The notes below the pieces were generated by a model. That model was given only the letters and a program-made list of their open reading frames with translations. It ran no database searches and was not told the origin of the DNA. From positions 15,309 to 79,308 of IMG/VR virus record IMGVR_UViG_3300048588_000114: DNA of 64,000 nt; one strand, written 5' to 3'. Positions 27,651-36,542 of the stretch are shown piece after piece. The DNA is from a virus (lineage: Duplodnaviria > Heunggongvirae > Uroviricota > Caudoviricetes). How positions within the stretch are numbered: the first letter of the stretch is position 1; each line of letters opens with the position of its first letter. A program made the position numbers and the translations under genes.

Positions 27651-28252
27651 CACCTGAAAAATTAGCCGAATTAAAGGCTCAAACCATCGCTTTCTACAAG
27701 CGCAAGCCTGAAGAAGGCACTGGAGTATTCCGTCACGTAGGATTTGACGACAACGAAGACTTCCTGTTCAATAGTTTAACGTCCTTAGATAAGCCCTTTC
27801 CGATTCGTAAAGTAGATGTAGCTAAGAAATACGAAAAACTTGAATCATACAACTTAGGCTCTCTTGAGTTCGTTAAATGCCCACGTCTAATTGGTACACG
27901 ATTTGAAGATGAAGATCAATGTTGGAATGTCCTTCCTAATGGCGATAAGACTTGCTCAGGCTGTGGGTCATATCATCCTAAAGAGTGGATTGATTGGTTA
28001 GATAAAGCCACCGACCCTTCTACAGAAGACAGACTAACCACCACTGATAAGGGCTATAAGATGTATGTGGAGAAGCCCGGAGTAAGAAATGCTAGCGAAG
28101 GGGCTATTAAAGTCTATCTTCAACACGTCAAGCAGTATGCAGAAGAGCATAAACTCAACATTGAAGAACTTGATAAGAAAATTCATGCTGCTGCGATAGC
28201 TGGCAATACTAAATTTCAGGCAAAAATGAATAAGATGAGAGAAGGCGAATAA
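27647..28252 (+). CDS. hypothetical protein with CxxC-containing segment
   Basis: 201 aa; KTCSGCGSYHP. Confidence 0.55.
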   Translation: MTPEKLAELKAQTIAFYKRKPEEGTGVFRHVGFDDNEDFLFNSLTSLDKPFPIRKVDVAKKYEKLESYNLGSLEFVKCPRLIGTRFEDEDQCWNVLPNGDKTCSGCGSYHPKEWIDWLDKATDPSTEDRLTTTDKGYKMYVEKPGVRNASEGAIKVYLQHVKQYAEEHKLNIEELDKKIHAAAIAGNTKFQAKMNKMREGE

Positions 28253-28308
28253 TCAAAGTTATTGGATAAAAGACAATTTGTGTGCTGTCTTCCTCATGTT
28301 CCTGGAAG

Positions 28309-28366
28309 GCCCATCCTATAAGGCTCTATGTGCTCGTAGCTTTATTGGGATGGGCTTTTTCTTTTT
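28309..28366 (+). terminator. rho-independent terminator
   Basis: GCCCATCC ... GGATGGGC stem followed by TTTTTCTTTTT. Confidence 0.55.
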
Positions 28367-28384
28367 AGCTAATTCAGAGCTAAG
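28365..28384 (+). repeat. 15-mer motif TTAGCTAATTCAGAG, copy 3
   Basis: Immediately 3' of terminator; TAGCTAAG repeated again 12 nt downstream. Confidence 0.45.
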
Positions 28385-28433
28385 TGTAGCTAAGTGCTGT
28401 TGTAAAGCGACATTAATTCTAAACCGTACTAAA

Positions 28434-28943
28434 ATGAAAGAATCTGAAATTAAGGCTTATTTAGATAAGCAATTCGCAAGTGTTGGAGTATCTAAATTAG
28501 CAATCGAATTAGGCTTTAAGAAGCCATGTTTACCATGGAATGGTAGTCATTATAGGCCACTTTGGCAACAAATTATTGACTGGCTCAGGGAAGATCACAA
28601 CATCATTGTAGAGCCATCCTATGACTTTGCTGAAACACAAACTTACAATGTAGCTCTAATCCAGGAAGGCGATAGTCCAGTGTATCATGCCACTGATATA
28701 TTAGAGGAAAAAGACTACTATGAAGCCCGGCGTAGAGGGGTAGAGCAGGCTCTCCAGATGGTAAAGGATGGGACTATGGACTATCTACAATTTGAAGCGT
28801 GGTTTACCAGCGTTTTAGAATTATGGGCAGAGGCCGGGCTATATAATCGTATTGCGATAGATAAAGACAATGCGAGACTACATTACGATCTTGGAACTAC
28901 ACCTGAGCAGTATGTAAATCAAGCAAAAGAAGAATTCAAATAG
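28434..28943 (+). CDS. hypothetical protein
   Basis: ORF 28278-28943; the first 52 codons span terminator and motif, so ATG 28434 (MKESEIKAY) is the likely start. Confidence 0.55.
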   Translation: MKESEIKAYLDKQFASVGVSKLAIELGFKKPCLPWNGSHYRPLWQQIIDWLREDHNIIVEPSYDFAETQTYNVALIQEGDSPVYHATDILEEKDYYEARRRGVEQALQMVKDGTMDYLQFEAWFTSVLELWAEAGLYNRIAIDKDNARLHYDLGTTPEQYVNQAKEEFK

Positions 28944-28945
28944 TC

Positions 28946-29116
28946 ATGACTAAGAAAAGAAAGAAATCAATTAAGCGCTATGGCGGCTCATATAAGATTA
29001 AAGCTAAGAAACTTGAGAAGAATTTAGCCAAAGAAGAAGCTGAACTTAGGGAAGAGTTGGCAAAATTAGACGAAGTCAAGAGACAAGTTGATCAGATGAT
29101 TAAAATAGCGCACTAA
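28946..29116 (+). CDS. small basic coiled-coil protein (56 aa)
   Basis: MTKKRKKSIKRYGG...; below ORF-track cutoff, read manually. Confidence 0.3.
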   Translation: MTKKRKKSIKRYGGSYKIKAKKLEKNLAKEEAELREELAKLDEVKRQVDQMIKIAH

Positions 29117-29134
29117 ACAGCTAAAAGGTCTAAT

Positions 29135-30028
29135 ATGAGCAATGACGAATATCAACACCAAAACACCTTTAAGAATATGAAAAGAGCTATTGTAATACAA
29201 GGCGGGGGTAGTTACGGAGCATACACTGCTGGCCGTATCTGTCGCCGAAAACTCAATTATGACGCTGCCGTAGGTAGCTCAACAGGTGCGCTAATTGCGC
29301 CTTTCGCTCTCTTAGGACAATATAGTGTTCTAGAAACCGGATACACAACCATTGGAAATAAAGAGATTTATTCAAGAACTCCATTCTGGGGTGACGGAAT
29401 ACCTAAGGTTTATTTGGCTCTTTGGTCTTGGATTAGGCAGAAAAAGGGCATCACTGATTCAAAACCGCTCCGCAAACTAATCGGGCAACTTTACACTCAA
29501 AAGATGCATGAATCCATCCCAGCACTAGGAAAGAAGCTATATGTGACTGGTTGTAATTTAAACTCCAATGTAACACCATCAAAATACTATGATTCGGCGG
29601 CATATACTTGGGAACAGTACTGTGATCTAATCTGGGCCTCAACGCTGGTTCCCGGACTACTTGAGCCCTACCATTCAGATTTACCCATCTTCAAAGGTAT
29701 AGATATGGTAGATGGTGGAACAACTGAGAATGTTGGAATGCGTGTTATAACTAATAAGAATTATGACTTCGTAGATATTTACCTTCATAATACTATCAAA
29801 TACGGCATGAAAGAGGAGGGGAAGAACTGGATTCACAACCTCATCCGGGCTTTAATCATTCAGCGAGAAGAAGTCATAAATGATGATTTGTATAGTAATT
29901 TAGATGGGATTAATCATAAAATACACTACCTACCTAAACCTTTGGAAGGGGCTGGGGCTATGGATTTTCAACCAAAAGTGATGCGTAAATGGTTTGATCA
30001 AGGCTTCCACGCTAATGTGGATTCTTAG
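29135..30028 (+). CDS. patatin-like phospholipase
   Basis: Oxyanion-hole GGGSYGAYTAG, nucleophile elbow G-S-S-T-G (GxSxG), and the catalytic Asp motif DGG in VDGGTTENVG. Confidence 0.8.
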   Translation: MSNDEYQHQNTFKNMKRAIVIQGGGSYGAYTAGRICRRKLNYDAAVGSSTGALIAPFALLGQYSVLETGYTTIGNKEIYSRTPFWGDGIPKVYLALWSWIRQKKGITDSKPLRKLIGQLYTQKMHESIPALGKKLYVTGCNLNSNVTPSKYYDSAAYTWEQYCDLIWASTLVPGLLEPYHSDLPIFKGIDMVDGGTTENVGMRVITNKNYDFVDIYLHNTIKYGMKEEGKNWIHNLIRALIIQREEVINDDLYSNLDGINHKIHYLPKPLEGAGAMDFQPKVMRKWFDQGFHANVDS

Positions 30029-30272
30029 TAGACTTATTGTGACGCCTACGGGTAGCTTGTTGAATAAGATTATCAATGCGCTCCTGTAGAGCCGCCTTGT
30101 CTTCACGAAGTTCATTGATTTGTCTTTCGTAGAGTTCAATTAGACGGTCATCTTTCTTGGAGGCGTTTTTATTCCGCTCAGTAAGGTAATTCCAGATAGC
30201 TTGACGCTTGAAAATACCTATAACAGCTAAGAAAATTGATCCAATAGTGGTGTATATTTGTGTGTCGCTCAT
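30012..30272 (-). CDS. small single-TM plus coiled-coil protein (i-spanin-like topology), the only credible minus-strand gene
   Basis: MSDTQIYTTIGSIFLAVIGIF TM, then heptad-rich ELYERQINELREDKAALQERIDNLIQQA. Convergent with patatin gene, overlapping its 3' end. Confidence 0.4.
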   Translation of the reverse strand: MSDTQIYTTIGSIFLAVIGIFKRQAIWNYLTERNKNASKKDDRLIELYERQINELREDKAALQERIDNLIQQATRRRHNKSTKNPH

Positions 30273-30320
30273 AAAATTACGATAACTGAAAACACTAAAC
30301 AATTAAAAATAAACAATATC

Positions 30321-30803
30321 ATGAATTTAGAGAAAATCTATGTTAAATTAACATCTGCATCTAATAAGGGCAATGTTTACCTAAGCCCAGACATCAAGCC
30401 TCAGGCACTCGTAGAAAGTGTCTATAAATCAAGTTCTGAATCTGAAGGTGTCCCAGTGGTGTCTATATATTTTCCTGGTAATATGCATATGGTGACTGAA
30501 ACCATAGAGCAGATAGTTGAGCAATATGAGAAGAAGCGCACCAAAGCTGTGTCTAACTACTTTTCAAAAGATGTGTTTGGTGAGATTGAGGAAGGAGCCT
30601 ATAATATGTCTAGCAAAGGAACACGCCCTACCAAAACAATCATTGGTCAAACTAAATTTCAAGAGCTAATTGATGGAATTATACCCAAAGAAGAGCAGAC
30701 CGGACAGGAATATGAGCATATAAGTGGTGTGGCGTTAATCACTCGTTTTGGTGTTCTATTGCTCGAAGAATCTAAAGAGGCCACTGAACTAAAAGTAAGT
30801 TGA
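30321..30803 (+). CDS. hypothetical protein
   Basis: ORF 30258-30803; ATG 30321 (MNLEKIYVKL) is the likely start. Confidence 0.5.
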   Translation: MNLEKIYVKLTSASNKGNVYLSPDIKPQALVESVYKSSSESEGVPVVSIYFPGNMHMVTETIEQIVEQYEKKRTKAVSNYFSKDVFGEIEEGAYNMSSKGTRPTKTIIGQTKFQELIDGIIPKEEQTGQEYEHISGVALITRFGVLLLEESKEATELKVS

Positions 30804-30845
30804 TTCACAGTTATAAACAAAGAGAAGCCACTAAAGGCTAATATT

Positions 30846-31163
30846 ATGAAAAAATCAGTCCTTATCCTCTGTTGTGCGCTCCTATTAGGAGCCTGTAACA
30901 GCGTTGCGGCTGGCTATTCACGCGCCCCTGACCGGGACGTAGGCCAGAACTACGAAAGTGTAAGCGCACCTGCGCACGATGTATTTGTGATCAACGAACA
31001 GTACGGCCAGGAACTACCTACCGCCGTGGATTTCGGAGCAGCTGTAGAGATACCTGCGCCGGAGGAAACCACCGGATATGGAGTGACCGCCAATGCAAAA
31101 CCGATAAGCCCCGGATTAACCCGGAAAATCTACCTGCTGAATTGCTCCATTAGGCAGTGTTAG
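30846..31163 (+). CDS. lipoprotein
   Basis: MKKSVLILCCALLLGAC signal peptide with lipobox LLGAC; two C-terminal cysteines. Confidence 0.55.
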   Translation: MKKSVLILCCALLLGACNSVAAGYSRAPDRDVGQNYESVSAPAHDVFVINEQYGQELPTAVDFGAAVEIPAPEETTGYGVTANAKPISPGLTRKIYLLNCSIRQC

Positions 31164-31186
31164 TTTAATCACAAAAAGTTTAGTCA

Positions 31187-31220
31187 AACCCCCACCGCAA
31201 GTGGGGGTTTTTGATTTTTT
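31187..31220 (+). terminator. rho-independent terminator
   Basis: AAACCCCCAC-CGCAA-GTGGGGGTTT followed by TTGATTTTTTT. Confidence 0.7.
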
Positions 31221-31277
31221 TAGCCACCACAGTTCCCCAGAGTTATTGTGGATATAACCATAAAAACAAATAAAAAT

Positions 31278-32780
31278 ATGATTACAACAGCAATTACCAT
31301 CGGAGTACCAGCAGTATTGGCGCTCATCATCATTCTCTACGTCTTTACCCTGAGACGCATTGTGCCCACTAACGTAGTGCACATTGTACAAAGAGGAAAG
31401 AACACTGTATCCTACGGAGTAGGCAAGGGGGACAACGTTTACTACGCATTTCCAAGCTGGATGCCTGTTATAGGCGTAGTTGTGCGTGAACTTCCAGTGT
31501 CTAACTTTGGGATAGACCTACATGAATACAATGCCTACGACAAGGACAGGGTGCCTTTTGTAGTAGATATCAAGGCGTTCTTCCATATTTCTGACACTAA
31601 TAAGGCGGCAGAGAAGGTTGAATCCTACGAAGAACTGGAGAAGCACCTTGAGAACGTGGTTCAAGGTTCCGTTAGGTCTATCCTTGCGCAGTCCAAGTTA
31701 GAAGAAATCATGGAAGGACGTTCAGAATTTGGGGAAAAGTTTACGTCCAATGTTAAGAGTGACCTGCTTCAATGGGGAGTTGAGCCAATCAAAAACATCG
31801 AACTCATGGATGTCCGGGATGCTAAGGAATCTACGGTCATTAAACAGATTATGGCGAAACGGATGTCGGCAATTGATTCTGAATCACGCACGGAGATAGC
31901 TAAGAACAAGCAATCAGCGGAGCAGGCAGAATTAGCTTCCAAACAAGCCATCGCTGTAAGTGCTGCCGAAACCAACCTAAAAATAGGAGAAGCGCAAGCT
32001 CAATCTGACCAAGCTGTAGCTATTGCAAAGGCTGAAAGTGAGAAGAAAGCTGGTATCGCTAAGCAAGAATCCATTGCTGAGGTTGCCAAATCAGAGAAAG
32101 ACACTGCTGAGAAACAGATGGATGTAATTCGCACTAAACAGACTAAGCAGGCAGAGATTGACAAAGAAACGGCCATCATCGCATCAGAACAGGAAGCCCG
32201 TCAGATGGAGATTAAAGCAGAAGCAGCCAAGAAGCAGCTTGAAATCCAGACCAACGCTAACAAAATGAAAGTTGAGACCGATGCGGAAGCCCGGAGAATA
32301 GCCACCGAGAAGGACGCAGCAGCCCTGCTTATTAAACAGGAGAATGAAGCCAAAGGTAAGGCAGCAGTTGGTAAGGCAGAAGCATCCATCATTGAAGCCA
32401 AAGGTACAGCGGAAGCAGAGGCTAAGAAACTTTATGAATTAGCCAGTGTAACCGCTCAGACTACTCTCGCTAAGGATATTGGTGACAATAAGGAATACCA
32501 AACCTACATGATCGAACTGAGAAAGGTTGAAATGAATGAGAAAATAGGTGTTGCACAGGCTGAGAATCTCGCAGTAGCGATGAAAGATGCTGACCTGAAA
32601 GTTCTCGTTAATAGTGGGGACGTACATTCAGGCATTGGTAAGCTATCCGACCTTTTCACCTCTAAAGGTGCTTCTCAGCTAAACGGCCTAATTGAAGGCT
32701 TGGGACAAACTGAAGGAGGTCAGGCTATCGTAGACCTTTTAGATAAAATCGGTGTGAAATTACCAACTAAAGCTAAGTAA
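31278..32780 (+). CDS. flotillin-like SPFH/band-7 domain membrane protein
   Basis: N-terminal TM ITTAITIGVPAVLALIIILYVF, SPFH-like core (VVHIVQRGKNTV...), then a long Ala/Glu/Lys-rich coiled coil (AEAEAKK) typical of flotillins. Confidence 0.75.
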   Translation: MITTAITIGVPAVLALIIILYVFTLRRIVPTNVVHIVQRGKNTVSYGVGKGDNVYYAFPSWMPVIGVVVRELPVSNFGIDLHEYNAYDKDRVPFVVDIKAFFHISDTNKAAEKVESYEELEKHLENVVQGSVRSILAQSKLEEIMEGRSEFGEKFTSNVKSDLLQWGVEPIKNIELMDVRDAKESTVIKQIMAKRMSAIDSESRTEIAKNKQSAEQAELASKQAIAVSAAETNLKIGEAQAQSDQAVAIAKAESEKKAGIAKQESIAEVAKSEKDTAEKQMDVIRTKQTKQAEIDKETAIIASEQEARQMEIKAEAAKKQLEIQTNANKMKVETDAEARRIATEKDAAALLIKQENEAKGKAAVGKAEASIIEAKGTAEAEAKKLYELASVTAQTTLAKDIGDNKEYQTYMIELRKVEMNEKIGVAQAENLAVAMKDADLKVLVNSGDVHSGIGKLSDLFTSKGASQLNGLIEGLGQTEGGQAIVDLLDKIGVKLPTKAK

Positions 32781-32885
32781 ACATGAAACTCAAAGCATTT
32801 ATCTTCGTTTCAGCTTTGGTTCTCATCGGGTGCGCCTTTACTATCGGATATGTAATTTGCCACTAACCCACCAAAGCGATGTGAG

Positions 32886-32920
32886 TTCCCCCACTAAAAA
32901 TGGGGGAATTTGCTTTTATT
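32886..32920 (+). terminator. rho-independent terminator
   Basis: TCCCCCA-CTAAAAA-TGGGGGA followed by ATTTGCTTTTATT. Confidence 0.6.
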
Positions 32921-32936
32921 CAAAGTTTATAAAGAT

Positions 32937-33167
32937 ATGGAGAAAATTAGCTATACCCTTGAAAGTCTTAAAAAGCCTTATTTTTGGCTGTCAATATTTG
33001 CCGCAATACTTTTACTGGCTCTGGTATTTAACGGGCAGGATTTTGACGATTTCAGCTATTTTTCGGCTATTATTCTCTTGTCTCTCTTTGTTATCGTAAT
33101 GCTCCGTGAAAACAACACTGCTATCAGGGTGCTCAAGTATAAATCTGGTAAACGTTTAACACTATGA
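32937..33167 (+). CDS. small two-TM membrane protein
   Basis: ORF 32910-33167 with two hydrophobic helices. The overlapping alternative-frame ORF 32830-33099 is rejected. Confidence 0.45.
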   Translation: MEKISYTLESLKKPYFWLSIFAAILLLALVFNGQDFDDFSYFSAIILLSLFVIVMLRENNTAIRVLKYKSGKRLTL

Positions 33168-33454
33168 GTAGCAGCAAAGGCGGGCATTCGGCCAAAGATC
33201 AAGATGAAGAAGCCTACAAAAAGTTCATGATTGACTTCGAAGGAGACAGTATGGACTATCGTTCAATAGTAGATATTGAACAAGGGCATAGAGCCTCAGA
33301 CAAATTTGAAGAAGGCGTAGAGTATTTTATTAGGATTATTAGGACTGTATATCCCGGCGAAAAGGTCTACACTTTCCAGACAACTGTAGAGAGAGACAAG
33401 AAACTCCAGAAACTCAGAAACAAAATGCAAATGATAAATACTATATTTCTCTAA
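33164..33454 (+). CDS. hypothetical protein
   Basis: 96 aa, ATGA overlap. Confidence 0.45.
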   Translation: MSSSKGGHSAKDQDEEAYKKFMIDFEGDSMDYRSIVDIEQGHRASDKFEEGVEYFIRIIRTVYPGEKVYTFQTTVERDKKLQKLRNKMQMINTIFL

Positions 33455-33873
33455 TGAAAATGAATCGAAACACCGTCCCGACCAATCAGCTTAGGCTACA
33501 TATGCCTAAGAATATGGATTATTATAATGAAATCTTTAACACTCCCAAGCCAGAAATACCTATTGAGCGAGAGTTTAGAGCAATTAAAAATCCAAAAGGC
33601 TGGTGGGTTTATAGTAATGAGCCTTGTTATGCTGAGATAGGCTCAAGGCTTCAATGCAAAGAAGACAAAGCAATCAAAGTCACCGCTGATTATGAGAACC
33701 TTGCTGAGCTAAGAAAAGACAAGAGATTTGAGCTAATTACTGAGCGGTTCATTAGTGATGAGTTAGTTATTGGCTCTTGTCCAGTGGATATTGAACATAA
33801 CAGACCATTCATAGGCTTAGACTGGGTAGATCAAAAGCATCATGAATGTGTAGTATTTCTTAGACACATATGA
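33454..33873 (+). CDS. hypothetical protein
   Basis: 139 aa ORF. Confidence 0.5.
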   Translation: MKMNRNTVPTNQLRLHMPKNMDYYNEIFNTPKPEIPIEREFRAIKNPKGWWVYSNEPCYAEIGSRLQCKEDKAIKVTADYENLAELRKDKRFELITERFISDELVIGSCPVDIEHNRPFIGLDWVDQKHHECVVFLRHI

Positions 33874-34085
33874 GCGGCTTTCAATCAGTTCCTATTAAAG
33901 GGAAAGAATATAGAATGAAATCTGGTAAGCATGAGGGCAAATCATTAGGAGAATTATTAGAAATTAATCCCGGTTACATTGTCTTCCTTCATGAAAAGAA
34001 TCTATTAACAATACAATTTGACCTAATTGACGAGGCAAGAGCAGCAGTCAAACTTAGAAATGATCAAAAAGGGAGAAAAGCATAG
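33870..34085 (+). CDS. hypothetical small protein
   Basis: 71 aa ORF. Confidence 0.4.
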   Translation: MSGFQSVPIKGKEYRMKSGKHEGKSLGELLEINPGYIVFLHEKNLLTIQFDLIDEARAAVKLRNDQKGRKA

Positions 34086-34341
34086 TCATTTTAATGATGG
34101 TCGAAAGGTGTTCACGCCTAAGAATCGGACAGGAATAAAATTTAAAGGCTGGAAAGAAGTCAAATATTCTAAGATTTTAGAGGAATTCCCCTTATCAATA
34201 CATCTAAAACTTAGGAATAAGGAGGAAATAATTGTTCAAAAGAAACGCTCTGTAGTGTTAAAGAAGTTGAAGAAGGTCTATATTGAGCCCAGACACTACG
34301 AGAAAGACCACAAGAGATATGTTGAAATGGTCGCTGAATAG
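34060..34341 (+). CDS. hypothetical basic protein
   Basis: ORF 34027-34341; internal ATG 34060 is the likely start. Confidence 0.4.
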   Translation: MIKKGEKHSHFNDGRKVFTPKNRTGIKFKGWKEVKYSKILEEFPLSIHLKLRNKEEIIVQKKRSVVLKKLKKVYIEPRHYEKDHKRYVEMVAE

Positions 34342-34382
34342 GCTAATTCAAAGTTATTATCAACACAATAAAGACAATTTAA

Positions 34383-34637
34383 ATGGAAACTACTAAAGCA
34401 AAGCATAAAGTACTGGTTGTAAAAAAAGAAATTGATACAATGAACTGGAATAAAAGCCTTCCCGTGCCGCTGGTAGGGGGAGCAAAAGTTGTTGTATTAG
34501 ATGATCAGGCAGGTTTAATGGATCCAGAAAACTATATTAAGGTGAAGCATGGGCCGGGTCTAAAGACAATTTCTTCTTTCTCAAAAAATCATTTCTTAAC
34601 ACTATCAGGAAAGGAGTTCAGCAAATGCAAGGATTAA
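34383..34637 (+). CDS. hypothetical small protein
   Basis: 84 aa ORF. Confidence 0.4.
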   Translation: METTKAKHKVLVVKKEIDTMNWNKSLPVPLVGGAKVVVLDDQAGLMDPENYIKVKHGPGLKTISSFSKNHFLTLSGKEFSKCKD

Positions 34638-34969
34638 TTCTTAGTACTGCCCCAATTTTTGCTTGGGGAATTGTCTTTTCGATAGCCGTAGCCATATTTA
34701 TATGCTGGTACTTTGTCACCCGTCCCGGTGTAGCTAGCGGATATGATTATGATAAAACACGTTGTATAGGTGAAATATTAAAAGACGGCAAAACACAGGT
34801 TTTAGAAGGCATTGACAACCCCAGTAAATTCAAGGCATTTTTGATTGATCTTGAGTTCATCCATCCGGGATTAGGCCGTAGGGTCTTATATGTTCCCCCT
34901 CACGATGACTGTAATGCCTATACGGTTAAATTGATGGAGGGTAAATACCAGTATCATTCAGAGTTATAG
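34625..34969 (+). CDS. membrane-anchored hypothetical protein
   Basis: N-terminal TM LILSTAPIFAWGIVFSIAVAIFICWYFV. Confidence 0.45.
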   Translation: MQGLILSTAPIFAWGIVFSIAVAIFICWYFVTRPGVASGYDYDKTRCIGEILKDGKTQVLEGIDNPSKFKAFLIDLEFIHPGLGRRVLYVPPHDDCNAYTVKLMEGKYQYHSEL

Positions 34970-35035
34970 GCAATTGTATAGCGGTTCTTGTGGATTTTGC
35001 TGGCTTTGTGAGATTTGTTAGCAAGATTAGATTAG

Positions 35036-35066
35036 GCAGAGACAACGTTCTCTGCTTTTTCTTTTA
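35036..35066 (+). terminator. rho-independent terminator
   Basis: GCAGAGA-CAACGT-TCTCTGC followed by TTTTTCTTTT. Confidence 0.65.
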
Positions 35067-35096
35067 CTAAGGTTACTAACGTTTTAGTTAAAAGAT

Positions 35097-35774
35097 ATGT
35101 CAAAAAATGTTTTAGTAGTATTCGACACGGAAACCGGAGGTCTCAAGCCCAAAGAAAACCCTATAATGGAGATTGCATTGGTGGCTTTAGATATGAAGAC
35201 ACTTGATGAAGTTGGCCGTTGGGAAACATTAGTCAAGCCCTATAATGGACTTAAATATGATCAGGCCGCATTAGATATACACGGAATATCAATATCAGAA
35301 GCAACCAACAAGGGTGTGTCCTTGGAAGAAATGGTTGCAACCACCATCAAATTTTACAAGCAATTCACGCCTAAAGGTGGCCGGGGCGGCGGTAGACCAA
35401 TTCTCTCAGGGCATAACCTGCCTTTTGATAATGGAATGCTTAAAGAGGCTTTTTCACTGGCTGGATACAATCTCTTTGACTTTGTATTGTCTAATGGAGA
35501 AGAAATTAGCGTATTTGATACCTTGCCAATATCTAAGTTTGTCTGGCCTTCAGAAGATAAACACACATTAGGTGAATGCTGTAAAAGAGCGGGCATGGGT
35601 GACTTTACAGCCCACAGAGCCATGCCGGATGTGATTGCTTCTTGCGATCTTATTAGATTCTTTAGGAGTTTAACTGGCGGGAAGGCATCAGCTTCTGTTA
35701 AGAAAGAAGTAGAGGGCGGCTCAAAAGGCCGGGAACTAATAAAGACTAATAGAAAAGTCAAATTTCAATTCTGA
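35097..35774 (+). CDS. DnaQ-like 3'-5' exonuclease (DEDDh family)
   Basis: Exo I VVFDTETGG, Exo II GHNLPFDNGML and Exo III HRAMPDVIASCDL are present. Confidence 0.8.
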   Translation: MSKNVLVVFDTETGGLKPKENPIMEIALVALDMKTLDEVGRWETLVKPYNGLKYDQAALDIHGISISEATNKGVSLEEMVATTIKFYKQFTPKGGRGGGRPILSGHNLPFDNGMLKEAFSLAGYNLFDFVLSNGEEISVFDTLPISKFVWPSEDKHTLGECCKRAGMGDFTAHRAMPDVIASCDLIRFFRSLTGGKASASVKKEVEGGSKGRELIKTNRKVKFQF

Positions 35775-36340
35775 TGCACATAACAGCCTATACAGACGGT
35801 AGTTGTAATAATCGAAGCCCTGAAAGAATGGGTGGCTTTGCCGCTATCCTCCCATCAGCAATTGATTATGAGGGTTTGATTCTAATAGGTGGGGAAGCAG
35901 GTTCTTCATCTGCTCGTATGGAGTTAGCCGCCGTCTGTGCAGTAGTTCAGCATTGTTATAAATACAATGGTGTAGAGTTAACTATCTATTCTGACGCTGA
36001 ATATATTGTAAAGTCTTTTAAATTAGGTTGGGTATTTGACTGGATGAAGGCGGGCTTTCCCAATACTAAGAATCTCGACATATGGAAAGACATTCTTAGA
36101 GGAATACAGAGCCGTCACATATCATCATTTCAAATACACCATGTTAAGGGACATTCCGGAGTATGGCTTAATGAAGTTGCTGATAAATGGGCAGGTTGGG
36201 CATCTTGGAATATGAAAGAACTCAATAGAAACACTAAAAAGACTACATTTATTTCCAAAATACAAGAAGGTGATCTACGAATTCACAAAGATAAAGTTGG
36301 GCAAGATGCCCTTAATAGAGTTTTACACTTGGAGCGATAA
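35774..36340 (+). CDS. ribonuclease H (RNase HI-like)
   Basis: YTDGSC...GGFAAIL, ELAAV, IYSDAEYIV and HHVKGHSGVWLNEVADKWA match the RNase H D-E-D-D active-site pattern. Confidence 0.8.
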   Translation: MHITAYTDGSCNNRSPERMGGFAAILPSAIDYEGLILIGGEAGSSSARMELAAVCAVVQHCYKYNGVELTIYSDAEYIVKSFKLGWVFDWMKAGFPNTKNLDIWKDILRGIQSRHISSFQIHHVKGHSGVWLNEVADKWAGWASWNMKELNRNTKKTTFISKIQEGDLRIHKDKVGQDALNRVLHLER

Positions 36341-36536
36341 CAAACACGAAGTTATCATCCAGATTGGCAAGCACTCACATACATTTCAGACCGATGATGT
36401 AGTTGCTATACTAAGAAAATTTGACTGTATTGAAGAATTTGGAGGTAAAATAAGGTTAGATTTACTACAGCCTAAGCTATTACCATTTGTAAATGAATTA
36501 GTAAAATTAGATCAAAAAGCAACAATAATCAAATAA
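36306..36536 (+). CDS. hypothetical small protein
   Basis: ORF 36270-36536 overlapping the RNase H 3' end; internal ATG is the likely start. Confidence 0.35.
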   Translation: MPLIEFYTWSDNKHEVIIQIGKHSHTFQTDDVVAILRKFDCIEEFGGKIRLDLLQPKLLPFVNELVKLDQKATIIK

Positions 36537-36542
36537 AACCAT

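Noticed and set aside
32830-33099. ORF 32830-33099 overlapping the small membrane protein gene
   Set aside because: Starts inside the upstream terminator hairpin; the 32937 frame encodes clean TM helices and is preferred.
35314-35571. + strand alternative-frame ORF within the DnaQ-like exonuclease gene
   Set aside because: Exonuclease frame carries all three Exo motifs; alternative frame has none.
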